Source: Rhodosorus marinus CCMP1338 (Eukaryota; Plantae; Rhodophyta). From it: a stretch of DNA of 64,000 nt. Positions 1 to 12,699 of the stretch are shown here, piece after piece (position 1 is the first letter of the stretch; each line of letters begins with the position of its first letter). The notes beneath the pieces are model-generated. The model did not search any database and was not told the origin of the DNA. It saw only the letters and a list, made by a program, of their open reading frames with translations. The stretch covers positions 620,001 through 684,000 of the forward strand of contig JAMWBK010000009.1 in the NCBI GenBank assembly GCA_029953675.1. The letters run 5' to 3'. Made by a program: the position numbers and the translations under genes.

Positions 1-1173
1 CGTTACTCCGCTTGTTCTTAGGACTTCCAGAAGGTCTTCAACCACTACATCGTCTTGAAGCGATTCCATTTCCAGTGCCCGGCTACCTTTTACCCAAAAT
101 TCGACAGTGTCGTGGTACGTTCCACCGCTGTAGAGGAAACTGTTCTGCATCCAGGTCGGTGCGGAACTATCGCAAGCAATTACTCGTGAATTGTAGCCGA
201 AGTCATAATCCACCTGAAGTATCACCTTGTCCACCACTCCAAACCCGGCTGACTGGATGGCTTTGGCTTTGGCTTCAGACACGGCTGGGTCGAAGAACGA
301 GTGGACGGTTTGCTTCAGGAAGCCAAGAGGCAGTGTGACAATCACATAATCACTAGAGTAGGAACCATTGCCTCTCGTGACGATGTTAACACCGGAAGTG
401 CCCCATTGGATCTTAACTACTTCTTTCTGGTACAGAATGGGGCATGTGGGAGCGACGAGCTTCTCCATCCCCCCTGGTGCTGGAGTATTCTCTCCATCTA
501 ACTCGTCGTACCCATCAAAATGACGTGCACTAACCTGCAATCAAACGTGTCAGATTTCTTCGCAGCCAGCGAAACTCCAACGTCGGCGCTTCACGGCCAT
601 GTCGCTCACCTCGTTGAGATCATCGCAACCGGATATGCCACATTCAAGTTCCTTCCTTGCCTGGAAGATAAGCTCATCGAATGGACCAATTGAAGAGGCA
701 TTCTCCTGCCATCTCTGATCCAGGTATTCGCCAACAGAGCTCGGAAGGCTCGACTTCGCTCCGTCATCCTTCAGCTCGTTCAGAAAGCTCCTAAAGAGTT
801 TCATCACGCGCCGAACGTCGTCTGCTGGCAGAAGTGTCCCATCAGATCGAACGTATTTCAAAAGGCCCCAGTAGTCGTTGTCTTCATTCCTATCCACATC
901 TTCTGGGTCTCTCTCATCCGGTCGGGGAAGAATCCCCAGCTTCTCCGCGCGCTTAAAGAGAGGATTTCCTGCCTTTCCATGCAGCCATGTTGCTCCCAGC
1001 TCAACTGCTCTACCCGACGCATCACGTTCAGTCCAAATTCGACCTCCAAAGCGCTCGCTGGCCTCTATGATCGTGACGTCGTAGCCATCTGCTTGCAGTT
1101 CGTTCGCTGCGGTCACCCCAGCCAAGCCCGCTCCAACTACGAATACCTTCACGTCACTTCGATCTTCGCCCAT
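1..1173 (-). CDS. Flavin-containing amine oxidase (polyamine oxidase-like), 3' end runs off the window; intron near 535-610
   Basis: N-terminal FAD-binding motif VFVVGAGLAGVTAA...IIEASERFGGRIWT...VELGATWLHG. The downstream exon continues with family-typical YVIVT/LPLGFLK and GFGVVDKVIL. ATG at 1173 (MGEDRS). Confidence 0.82.
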
Positions 1174-3891
1174 CGTGTGGACTGGCAGAGTGCAGCGCTC
1201 TGCTCCGTGATAGTTGACTCTCACTGAGCCACGCCGAGCGAGCCACAGCTGGTTTCCAACACAACGTCTGGAAAGAAAAGGTAAAAGGATGCCGTTCAGG
1301 CTCTGAAGTAAGCCACCCAACTTGGACGGCCACGTTCCGGGTACTTACCCAACTTTGCAAAGTCCATGCTGGAACACAAACCCGCACCGCATGGAGTCAC
1401 TCTGACCCCGATCAGAACTTTGATAAGCTCTCGGATACGTTACCGTTGCTCTTCTCGTTGTGTGCCCACTTTTGTATGCGCTCTGTCTTAACTCCCGACA
1501 TCAATCTGAAGTTACCATCTTGTCGATCCATTGCTGGATCTGATGGCCATACACGCGTTCGAAAGTATCCGAGAACATAAGTAAATTGATCAATAGTCTG
1601 CACAGTCATGGGAGGTCAGTGGAGAGTGCTTCACGGCGAATGCCTGGAAGTTTGTAAAACCTGAGAACGATGATCTACCGGAACCCCGAAGTTAGCAGGT
1701 ACTCTATCCTGATCCGGTAAACTTCTGGCGCTTGCGGACTAGGGATGAAGTAGAAGTTTCATGTCATGAAAGGATCGATCGGTACCTAACAGGCTTTTTC
1801 TCTTGGTTGAGGTTTCAAAAGTCCCCGAAGTAGCTGGTTCTTGTTGCTCTCCTACATGCCTGCAGGGGACAGCCTGCAACCCTCTCCTGACACTGATGAG
1901 TAGAAGGCAGAGGCAGCTTTGTTGGGAAACTGCACTAGGACGTTGGCAGGGTGTTCAGAGCATGTACCCTTTATGGGTGATAAGCATATGACCATAATCT
2001 GACGACGATGCTTCCAGTACTCCTGTGAACCCAGCCGTTCTGCGACATTGCTTCGGTCTACTTCTTGTCAAGCCCGTGGCGAATCTGTGCGTATCTTCTT
2101 CCAGACCGATCCAGTAGGTGAGTGGTCATCGCTACAAAGGGGTGATGATCGAAGAAGCTGAGAAGCTGGCAAGCTGCTACGCTGTCCAAAGAATAATCCG
2201 TGCCCAATTCGGCCCAAGTTCACCCTTCTCTCACGGAGGTCGTCCACGTCTTAGAATCCTTGTAGTAGTTCTTGCTTTTCTTGTTCCGCTTCACTTCTTT
2301 TCGTTCTCATGGGCAGACAAGGGAAGAGACAGCGGTGGCACAGGGGTGTAATTGGCGCGGGGCGGCAATACCACGGCAGTCAGATCATCCCTATAAGGCC
2401 CAACCTCCGTGGGCAGCTGAAGTCCTGTCGCTGCTTGTCGCGTGAAGTCAGTGGCGATGAGTTCGGGGGTATAATCAATGCCGTGGTGTTGTTGGTTCTG
2501 TCAGGAGTCGCAGATTTTCATCAACAGCGAATCACCCATCGGCACCCGGCTGGAAATGTCCAACGAGCCAGGATGCCAAGTCGCCAACAAGAAATGGGAA
2601 AAGCGGACGTTTTCCATAAATCAATCATTATTCTATACTGATGGAATACCGATTCAGGCGCTTTCTGCTTTAGTATTTAGTGGTTTTTGAGAATCCCGTC
2701 ATTTTCCGTGTCAAAACCATTCTCATCGCGGCCGTGGGGAAAAGGGCACTGGAAAAAGGGATCATGTTTTTTCCTTTTTTTGGGACCTGGATAATTTGTA
2801 GGCGTTCCTTCTTGCCCGGTATTTTTGTGAGTTTCATATTTTTCAAAAAGGTGATTTTTCGTTTCCCAATCCGTTCTTTTTCAACGCTGTACCCGAACAA
2901 TCTCAGGCTACAGGGGGGTTCGGAAGATTTTCGTCTCGCCCGTTTTCGGTTTTTCGGCTCATAGTGTGCCTTTTTAAAAGCGTGGAGAATTGATCGATTA
3001 CGAGGATCAATCTATTTATATACTTTCACGATTTTTATTGGATAGTATGTATTTAATTATTTAATAACAAGCGTTTCCTCGTCACCGGGGGAGCCAGTTG
3101 AATTCTAATCGATGCCGTTGAATTTGACGCTTGAGTTTTGTAGGGGTATTACTGTTTTCACACATCGATAGTTTTTATGAAATATAATCTCATATTTTCA
3201 TAATTTAGAAATACAGCACCCTCCTCTCGTAACTATAGCTCCGGCCTTCAACGTCCATTCGCCGGATCGTACAAAACAACCAGGTAGTAAATCAAAAATA
3301 TCCAACAACGAATTAAAATAAATAATCTAAACAAATCAATCACCTTAGAACCAAAAATACAGAAAGTATATTCCATTATCCATAATCTACATAATAATAT
3401 TAAAATAAACTTGCCTTTTTAATTATTTTGCGAAAATATATCAAACTATTGTTCACAATCATCTAAAAAATTTAAACAAGCATACCGTTCCTCATTGGTC
3501 TAGAACGAAAAACCCTGTTTAAATTTTCGGGTTTTCCTTTTGCTCATCATTATTTATTTATATTATGATTATGTTTCTGGCGATTCATAAAAACAGCGAA
3601 ACAGGACAGAAAAGGGAACTTGCTTTTTGGGCATGGCTTTATTGGACAAGAAAGCGATCGTAGAAGACCATTTTGACGGCCCGCAGCAGCGCGGGGCCGT
3701 ACCCCAACTGGGAGGCTTATGGGAAAATGTTTTTTTTTTTTGCATAAGTAAAAAGGGCTTCTGTATTGGTAGCGAAGGCGTGGTGGAGTTTGAAGAGGTA
3801 AGGGGCTGTTAAGGGATAGAGAGGTAGGAAAAGAGTTGCTTTAGTTGAGTGGAGGGGTGGTTGTTGGGGAGGAGGGGGGAAGAAGTGAAGA

Positions 3892-4362
3892 ATGAGTGAC
3901 GAGATCGAGGCTGCTGGAGACTCCGGGTCGTCTGATACGATCCCGGTTCAGGCTGGTGCACTGAAGAAAGGTGCCCATGTTGTGATTAAGGGGTTTCCCT
4001 GCAAGATCGTAGACTATTCTACTTCGAAGACGGGAAAGCATGGACATGCCAAGGCCAATATTACGGGTATTGATATTTTTACCGGGAAGAAGTATGAAGA
4101 TATTTCGCCCACGTCGCACAACATGCTGCAGCCGATCGTGTCTCGTCGTGATTTTCAGTTGATTGATATTGATGATGAGGGATTCATTACGGTCATGGAT
4201 GACAAGACGAATGAGACTCGTTCGGACCTCCGCATTGAGACTGACAAGGAAGACGTCCACAAGAAGCTGAAGGAGGAGTTCGATGAGGGCAAAGATCTCG
4301 CTGTTACGGTGCTCAGCGCTATGAAGATTGAGAAAGTTGTTACCTACAAGATGATAACGTAA
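3892..4362 (+). CDS. eIF5A: Eukaryotic translation initiation factor 5A
   Basis: Intronless ORF with the hypusination motif STSKTGKHGHAK and GIDIFTGKKYED. Confidence 0.97.
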   Translation: MSDEIEAAGDSGSSDTIPVQAGALKKGAHVVIKGFPCKIVDYSTSKTGKHGHAKANITGIDIFTGKKYEDISPTSHNMLQPIVSRRDFQLIDIDDEGFITVMDDKTNETRSDLRIETDKEDVHKKLKEEFDEGKDLAVTVLSAMKIEKVVTYKMIT

Positions 4363-4988
4363 AAAAATGATTTGATCTCTAATTTTTTTGTTATTGAGCG
4401 AGAGCGAGGGCTCCGAACCACTTTTGTTTTGCCTCTCAATCGCGAAGATGCATTCCAATCACCCTGGAAAGAAACTAAACGCAAAGATTTAAGTTCTTAA
4501 GCGATGCAATATTAACCCTGTCCATACTTCTTCAACTCAAAGGGACCCATCGACAAGATCCCTCGCTGGAACAAGCGCTAGCGCCGGGTTGCATATTGTC
4601 AAAGGCACGGCCTCGGTGGTTGAGAGCCGCAGTTGGAGTACTTCCATTCCTCACCGCCGAGGAATCCTTCAGCCGGAAAAGATTCTCTGGGACCTTGCTA
4701 TCCAACATTCACGTAGCGCGTAGCGGCCTAGACTCTGTTCTGGTCGTTTTGGTATACCTTTGGGTGATTTCGCGTGAATCACAAGGCCGAGCTCTTCTGT
4801 AACAACTCTTCTGATGATTTTCAGAGCGAATGTCGTGGAAGAAAAGCGAAGAAATCGCTAGACTCCCGAAGTCCGCCTTGGGACAGTCCCCCCCAAGAGC
4901 AACTCAGTGAACAAAACTGAAACAGCCGCATGTAACATTTCTGATAGACAAGTCGCTCTTCTTTAGTGCTAACAACAAAACAAATAAT

Positions 4989-5628
4989 CTAAGCCTTCTT
5001 CTTGCTCACACCGACGGTTCGTCCCCTTCTTCCGGTGGTCTTTGTACGCTGTCCACGGACACGGAGACCCCAGTAATGTCGGAGACCTCTGTGGCACTTA
5101 ATCTTTCTCATTCTGTCGAGATCCTCCCTAAGCTTGAAGTCAAGCTGATTGGAAATCAGCTGGCTATACGTTCCCTCCTTGAAATCCTTCTGTCTATTGA
5201 GGAACCAGTTCGGAATCTTATACTGACTAGGATTCTGCATGATCTGTACAATGCGATCAATCTCCTCATTGCTCAATTCCCCGGCCCGCTTATTAAGATC
5301 CACATCGGCCTTCTTCAGAACAAGATTCGAGTACCGTCTACCCACTCCCTTGATTGCCGTCAGCGCAAACATAATCTTGTGTCTACCATCGATGTTGGTG
5401 TTCATCACACGCAGAATGTGCTGAAACTCGCCCTGGTTCATAATAACCGACTAGTTTTCCAGAAAATACAAAGAAAACAACCTTCAGAGCCCGCTAAACT
5501 TCCACAAACCTCATTCCCACGATCCTTCCCCCCCTTTGCAGACGCGGCCGTCGGGAAGGAACTCCACAACATCCAACAAACCCAACCAAAACATCAAAAA
5601 AGCAGCTTTGTTTGCGTCCACTTACCAT
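4989..5628 (-). CDS. RPS18: 40S ribosomal protein S18 (uS13); exon 1 is the ATG only (5628-5626), intron 5625-5451
   Basis: [14 protein letters not shown]...[24 protein letters not shown]. The minus strand reads ATG|GTAAGT...CTAG|TCG GTT ATT ATG AAC, giving [10 protein letters not shown]. Confidence 0.96.
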
Positions 5629-6989
5629 GTTTACAAACTCCTAGAAAGTGAGCAGTACAAATCTACCACTCCGCTCCACAGTAATATGTTCTCTTCCCCT
5701 CAACCCAAGCCGAAAGCAACCGTTCTCACTCCCGGCCCTACCTCCTCATCAACCCCTCCCCTTCCTCCCTTTTTCATAAAATCCGTCCCACGTCCATCCG
5801 CAAAAGAAAAAATCATCCTCACCCCTCTGCGTATCCGCATAAAACAATACTATTTTGTATCAGCCCCTCTAGTTTACCCTAAAAAATTTCAAGCTCTCAA
5901 TTAAACTACTTAAAAACAGAAAATACCATATTTTAGTACGGGGTTTTCTTATGTGAATATATACCCCTGGATAGTTCTTTTGGCCGACGAGGATGCATGA
6001 GGAAATCCAAACATCTAGGGGGTACGGCGGCGTCGTGAGATCAGTCTTTTAGCGTACCTTCAGTCGAAATTGAGTTTGTTGATTGAACAACCGATCATCT
6101 GTTTTGGGTTTGGGTTGGACGGGGAGGGGGGGCTGGGGTGTCATGTCTCTCTCTCTGTGACGCATTCTAGCATTCGCGACTCGTTTGATCGTAAGCCGAG
6201 TCGCGAAGGGTAGAATGCGTCCCAGAATTGACTGCTTTGGCCTTCTGGATATGTGCATACTGGCTTGTCTAGGCCCCGTTCGTGCACAACCCAGTATGTC
6301 ATGATCACCTTCCTCACGGAGCTGTGAATTGGCCCTCTCGCCTTCTAACGCTGTTTTGTTGTTGAGAGCGCGTTATCAGGATGCGCGGATTCAGCTACGC
6401 TCATTGTCAATGGTCAAAAGTTCTGTGCTCGTGCGTGCCGATACTGTGTTTTTTTAGTGGGCAGTGCGTGCATATCTCCCCATTCGGCGTTCTCTGGCTA
6501 GCGTCCTTTGCTGGAGGGCGTTTTGATCTTGCCTCCCGTCCGTCCCCTTTCTCATCCCAGAAACCGTTCGGTAATTGGCTACTCACTGTGTCCAGTATTG
6601 CCTCATCACTCATGCGAATAACGGGGTGGGTTGCTCGAGCTGAACTCGCCTGGGTTTTAGTTGTCTTATTCAGCTGGACGGCTCCAGGTCCTTCCCCACA
6701 GAACATCCTAGCATCGCTTAGCCCTTCCTTGAAATCCTTCGCACAAACAAGCAGAAAAGCTCTCCATGAGGGCTCTTGAATAGGCGCTCTTGATCGGAAT
6801 GTCTGCTGATCAAATTCAAGAATCCGTTGGGCAATAAAACTTCACTTATTCTATCCATTGTTTTGTAAGTCATCACATCGTTGGGGGATGCTCATGAACG
6901 TGACTCGTTGCTCGTTCCAGAGACCCGTTGGGCAGAATGGGTTTCTGATCGATGCTTAAGGAGGGCTGAAAGGTATTTTCTGAGCCAAC

Positions 6990-8149
6990 ATGCAAGATGC
7001 TGGTAAGGACTACATAGCTGGGGTGCTCGCTGGATCGGCGGGCATGATTGCTGGGTACCCTTTCGACACGGTCAAGGTACGACTTCAGAGCGTGAGCGGA
7101 TCACAGTATCGTGGACCACTGCATTGTACGGTTTCTATTCTGCGAACTGAAGGCGTAAGTATGTCCTAATATGTTTTCGACGAGGATCATCCGTTAAGCA
7201 TAATCTTGTTTGCTGCTTCATCATCGCAACAGATCGGAGGCTTCTTCCGTGGTCTCACTGCTCCCCTCGTCGGTGGGGCTTTGGAAACTGGACTGAACTA
7301 CTTTCTCTTTGAACGGGCGCTTGAGTATACAAAAAAATCTGGCTGGCTGGGATTGTCTCGATTCCAGGGCGTTTTTATCTCCGGCTGCGCGGCTGGGGTT
7401 GGGATCGCTGTGGTTCTGACGCCTGTCGAACTCGTGAAGTGTAGGATGCAAGTAGACGTGAAGCAGATGTACAGGGTAAGAAATGGATCATCATCCCATG
7501 GATCTTGCAATGTTTACCCTATCTCCTGCTCACGTCAATCCTCGGCGTACTCTGTAGAGCGCATGGGATTGCTATAGGGACGTACTGAAACGGGACGGCT
7601 TGCGCGGCCTGATGCGAGGTTTCGCAGCGACGGAGGCCAGAGAAATCATTGGCAATGGTCTGTACTTTTGGTCTTATGCCCTTGCGAAGGACAAGTTGGA
7701 GCAACACCAAGAAGGCGAAACTCCCTCGGGGCTACACAAGGTGGGAATATCAATACTCGCGGGGGGTTTGGCTGGGATGTTGTTCTGGGCAGTCGTGCTC
7801 CCAATTGATGTGGTAAAAACAAATATGCAAGTCAGCACCGGGAGCTATCAGAGTATGACGAAATCAACTGTACAAATATTGAAGCAGAGGGGGATAAGGG
7901 GATTTTACGCAGGCCTGGGAACAAGCCTTGTAAGGTGAGTCAGATTCCTTACTCAGCTCGTTGAGCAACAGCGTTGAATTCGCTTTCACAGATCAGTAGG
8001 CACCCCGTGAGATAGAAGGGTTCAGTTGGCTGATGCTCCCGTTGTCTCACGTCAGGGCGTTTCCCGCCAACGCGGCTGTTTGGGTTGCTTGGGAGTTGGC
8101 CAGCTCCTATTTGAAGTCAAGTTCCAAGATGCACAGTACAGCAAACTGA
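6990..8149 (+). CDS. Mitochondrial carrier family protein (SLC25; basic amino acid/carnitine carrier-like), multi-exon
   Basis: Three carrier repeats with Px[D/E]xxKxxxQ signatures: PFDTVKVRLQ, PVELVKCRMQ, PIDVVKTNMQ. Ends RAFPANAAVWVAWE...*. GT-AG introns join the ORF fragments. Confidence 0.9.
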
Positions 8150-9197
8150 AACATATGTGAAAATTCCGATCATGAGCTGTTAACAACACGTTGCAACTAG
8201 AAGCAGCAAAAACGCCGTATTACCCATCATGAAAAGGACTAGTAGCAGCACTCCAAAAAAACGACGAGGTTGAGCTTCGGAGACAGGGCACTGACTCTCC
8301 ACATTGGAACACATTGGTGCGCCCGGCCTTGGGCGCGCCAGTCCGGGGCTTCAGGACAGAGGGCGTTTGCCCATAACGTGCGAACCTCACAATCATACCC
8401 AGAGTTTCGTTTTCTATGGCGTAGTCAGGCGCGACTCACCACGCGCTTTGCCGACAGCAGCAGAGGGTTCTAACAACAAACACGCCTAACCTTCATTTTT
8501 ATGCTTCAGGGTGACCACCAAAATCTGATCGAAAAAGGCCATGCATACCAAAAAAAATGAAACCCCGAAAAATCCCCAATGGCATTCAGTCCAACCGTTA
8601 CGCTCCAAACAGCCTATAAAATTTAAAAAAAGATTCATTCGGTCAAGAACTTTTATTTTAAAAATTCAGGCTGATGGGAAGTTTTAAATTTCGGCGAAAA
8701 TTCAATAGCGTTTTGGTACTCCCAACCCCGAAAAATCTCATCTCAGATACGCTTCAATCATTATCGACCTCAAATAAGTCATTTTTACTGTAATATGTGT
8801 TTTAATTGGCTACGATGGATAAATACCTTTTTTTATTTTGTTAGTTTAAGAAAAGCTCGACCGGAGGTGGGGATGAGGAGCCAGAAAAATAAAAAAAGGC
8901 ACTAAACGAAGGCGGGCGCGGCAGCTGCTCGGAGATGGTGCCGGAAGGTTAAAAAAGGAAGCAGAAGGCTCCAACAGGTGGTAGGATATTGGAGTCGGGA
9001 AGGTTGGGATGGGTGAACGTGGCGGAGGAGCAGGCGGGGCAAGCTGGTATTTTTTTTCTGTGAAGAAAGTTGGATAGGGTATTTTTTTTGGAGGGGGCGG
9101 GGGAAGGGGTTTGTTTGTTAGGAGAAAGCTTGTGAAGGGTGGTGTGAACATTATTGTGGGGTGGGTTGGGTTGAGTTTTTGAGACGTAGAGAGAAGG

Positions 9198-10437
9198 ATG
9201 GATCCACCTCCACCACCGTCACCGTCTACTGGGATGGCTGGTCTGGAGGTTCCTGCGCCGCCACCGCCACCACCACCACCACCACCACCGCCGATGGCGC
9301 CCGTAGATGAGGGTGCACTGTCTCCGCCGCCTCCGCCAGCAGCAGGTTTTGAGGAAACCGCGGTGGAGACTGTGGAGGAGACGATGCCTGGTGAGGATGT
9401 TGTGGCTGATGCTATTGTGGAGGAGATGGTTGAAGGTGAAGTTGTGGAGGAGGTCATGGAAGAGGTAGTGGAAGAGGAGGTTGAACGGGAAATTGTCGAT
9501 TCCGATATTGAGGAAGTCATTGAGGAGACTGTTGAAATAGAGGAGATCGTTGATGATGATTATGAAGAGGTACCCCCAGCTGTCGCAGTACTTGATGAAG
9601 AACCACCAGCTGTTGCCGAACTGGGTGAAGAGCCGCCTGTTGCTGCCGTACTTGATGAAGAGCCGCCAGTTGCTGCCGTACTTGATGAAGAGCCGCCTCC
9701 TGTTGAAGCCTTCGAGCCCATGCCGGTTGCAGCCGCGGTAGCAGGTACCACCGCCGCAGTGGGTGCTACCGCGGGTATTTCTGCTGCCTCCGCCAAAGAG
9801 TGAGTAACAGTTGATCTACGCGCCCGGTGAGCTCTGAACTCCGTGCATTGATCTGATCTGACCACGCCTGGTTTCTATGGCACCGTTTTCAGTCCGTCTC
9901 TTGCTGTTGTAGATCCCGAAGAGTCAATTTCTCCAGACGTTCAGTGGATTAAGGCGGAAGTTGTATGGATGGATGGAGCCGACAACGATGTCAAGCTCTG
10001 CCCATCTTGGGTGGGATGGCAGCCAGTCCAGATGAAGAAGGAGCCAGGTAATAATGTTTTCATCTTTGTTCTCAGCAAGTTATCGCTGAGAAAAACGCTG
10101 TGGAAAGGGCGGGATACTCCTCGTAACACCTCGTGTACTGATTTACAGTCGCTTTTTTCTGGTCTCGGAATTCTGTTTCCATTTGGGTCCATGCACAGAT
10201 GGAGTCTGGTCTGTGATAACCCGCTGTCCTGTCGGTGAGCGTGCTTTCCTTTTTATTGTCGATGGAGAGTGGAAAGTGAGCAGTCGTCATGCTATTGCTC
10301 AAGATACGACCGGGGCAAAGGTGAACACAAGGGTTTTCAAGGCACCTATCAAGGCCGTTGAGCCTGAAGATGAGGAAGAATCTAACCCGATCGAGGAGGA
10401 GGAAGAGAAGAAGGGCCTCCTCGCGTGTATGTGCTGA
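9198..10437 (+). CDS. Pro/Glu-rich protein with C-terminal AMPK-beta-type glycogen/starch-binding domain (CBM48-like) and terminal CxC
   Basis: Spliced reading: poly-Pro and acidic N-terminus, then VVWMDGADNDVKLCPSWVGW..MKK..DGVWSV..CPVGERAFLFIVDGEW..DTTGAKVNT (FIVDGEW-type CBM48 motif), ending KKGLLACMC*. Introns at about 9800-9892 and 10050-10198. Confidence 0.72.
9582..9700 (+). repeat. Coding minisatellite, four ~27-30 bp units encoding (V)AAVLDEEPP
   Basis: gttgctgccgtacttgatgaagagccgcc and variants occur in tandem inside the CDS. Confidence 0.85.
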
Positions 10438-12699
10438 TAGCGCGTACTTGGACGGGATTTTTGTTTTGTTTTTGAGGAGGGTTTGGGAAAATTTTCACGG
10501 ATTGAGGTGGGACGAAGTGCTCATATATCTCTCGACGTGGTTGTATTTCCCCTAACCACCCGCTTTTATTGTAGCTCGGACGGAATATTTTGTACCCCGC
10601 ATTTGGCGCAGTGATCGTGCCGGAGTCGAATCCCAGTAACAGAAGAACTTTTTGGCTCTTGTTTTTGGCTCTTGTGGATCTCTTTTTCTTTGTGGTTGAC
10701 TTCGCTTGGCGAAGAGCAACTAGCATTCTCCGGAAAAGCAGCACTCCGCACACTCTGCGCGGACGTTTAGAAGAAATGATTTGCTTACAAAAACAATCGC
10801 TTGCAAAGGTTCGCACCGAATTTAGTATTGAGAGAGGCAATGGATGGAAAAGCCGGGTATCAAAGCGATACGTGGGACTTGTCTTCACACGGTTTTTTCA
10901 ATACGACGCGTATTTTGGGTCGGCAGTACCTCCAGTTCTTCGAAGCACTGAGAAACTGTTGGCGCACCATCCAGCTATCACCATACAACACTCTCGAGCT
11001 CAGATCGAAAGTTATCAGGGACACAGACACGCAAAGCTGCATTGTTGCCAAAATGCCGAGCTGCTAAAAGACGGCAAAGTTTCTGTGATCTTTCCCCATA
11101 CAAAGGAACCTATCGGAAGCATCCGCCCGACCCACTCGAGAGTACCTTTGGGATATGTAACCCACGATCTGTCCGATGTGGGAAGGGGGACATCAACAAT
11201 CAATTGGATTCATCTTGTCCTTGCCGGTACATCCACATGACCAATCACCCCAACCACGTTATGGCACCCCATATGTCCACAACCATCCTTAAAACCCAAC
11301 CAAAAGAAACTACTCCAATTCCATCTAATTTATATCTATTTATTATATTTATTTAGCCAATCATGATTATTCAGTTTCTAGTGTACACTACTAGGTCATT
11401 TTCGTTGGGTGGAATGGGGCAACCGGCAAACCTCTCAATAATCAGAGAGTTGAATTGCTTCCTTTTGTTTGAGCTTTTCATGCAAATCTATGCTGAAAAT
11501 TCAAAAAACTTAAAGAGACGATGATTATTGTAATGATTTTCAAGTTTAGAAGATAGGCGAGCTTTGAGCAAAAACCAGATTCGTCATCTTTCGACTATAT
11601 ACATTTGACTGTGAAAAGAGGAGGGGAGGGGGTGGTAAATATAGCTCACGAACGAAAAGTTGTTTTTGCCGATTATCTACAAAATTTTAGTTCGACAGAA
11701 GGTGGAGAAAGTTGAATTATGAAAGTTTTCCGGAAGGCCACTTTCATTTAGGATCATTAAGTGTTTGAGATCTAGATGCTGATTCATAATCTGGAAATCT
11801 TATTTAGGATATTTTCACCAGATGTAATTAATATCTTGACCTGGATTGGATGAATTCTAGTTTTCGTATTTTTAAGTTTGTAAGGACCCGTTATTCATGT
11901 GGATCTGGTGGTTGGGTTTGGTTAGGACATTGGGGAACATGTAGGGTCTCCCCGTAAGCCTTTAATCGACAGCTACCCACCGCAGCGCAAACGAAAACTC
12001 GCTCAAGGCGCTCTAAACGTAAATACGCAAACTCCGTGTGCGGGGATCTCATCTAAAAGGCAAAGTCTTTTCTGAGGGAAAGATCGGCGAGATCGTCGCG
12101 CGATCCTTCTCTATCGCAGACGTGCCAAGTTGGGCATTGCGTTGCCCCGCCCTTCACGCAATTTTTGTTTTGCACGGGATTCGTTTGTTTCTCACTAGCT
12201 ATTCTCGTTTGCTGGCGAATGAACGGAGAGGAGTCGCATGGATGAGCGATGGCTTGGTTCGGCAGCCTTTTGCATGAAGACATATGACTTTCGTAAAAGA
12301 GTCTGACAGAGCAGCGCCTTCTTCATCAGAGATTGACAAGCTTCGCTTTGATTTGCTGATTTTTTTTTTTAGTGCACTAGTCTGGAGCATGCGCAGGAGC
12401 TACTAGGATTGGGCCTGTTACGACCAATCCATTGAGAGCATCCCAGCCTCGTACAGAGAGCCAAGTACTACATTGCCGACATCGCGAGCGGCAGAATAAC
12501 TGTGCCAGTATCAGGGATTGTTCGTGCTCTGTGCAAGTTACCGTTATGATTCGTGACGCTACTGAAGCAGATAGTGTTGATATTCCAGGAAAGGGGCATG
12601 ACTTACCACCTTGCCGCTCAACGTTGACATGGTTCCGGCCACCACAAGCTCGAGCGCGAATCGATATCATGATCCGATGATTGGGATCAAACCCTAACA

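Noticed and set aside
1400-2640. Possible multi-exon minus-strand gene
   Set aside because: Coding-like fragments with plausible splice sites, but I could not assemble a consistent frame or recognise a family.
5076-5651. 191-aa plus-strand ORF (also 3841-4458 minus)
   Set aside because: Antisense shadows of RPS18 and eIF5A.
6200-6900. Possible small hypothetical gene
   Set aside because: An open frame of about 140 codons exists on the minus strand, but with no start, motif or homology support.
8846-9520. 224-aa Ser/Gly-rich minus-strand ORF
   Set aside because: Antisense shadow of the Pro/Glu-rich CBM48 gene.
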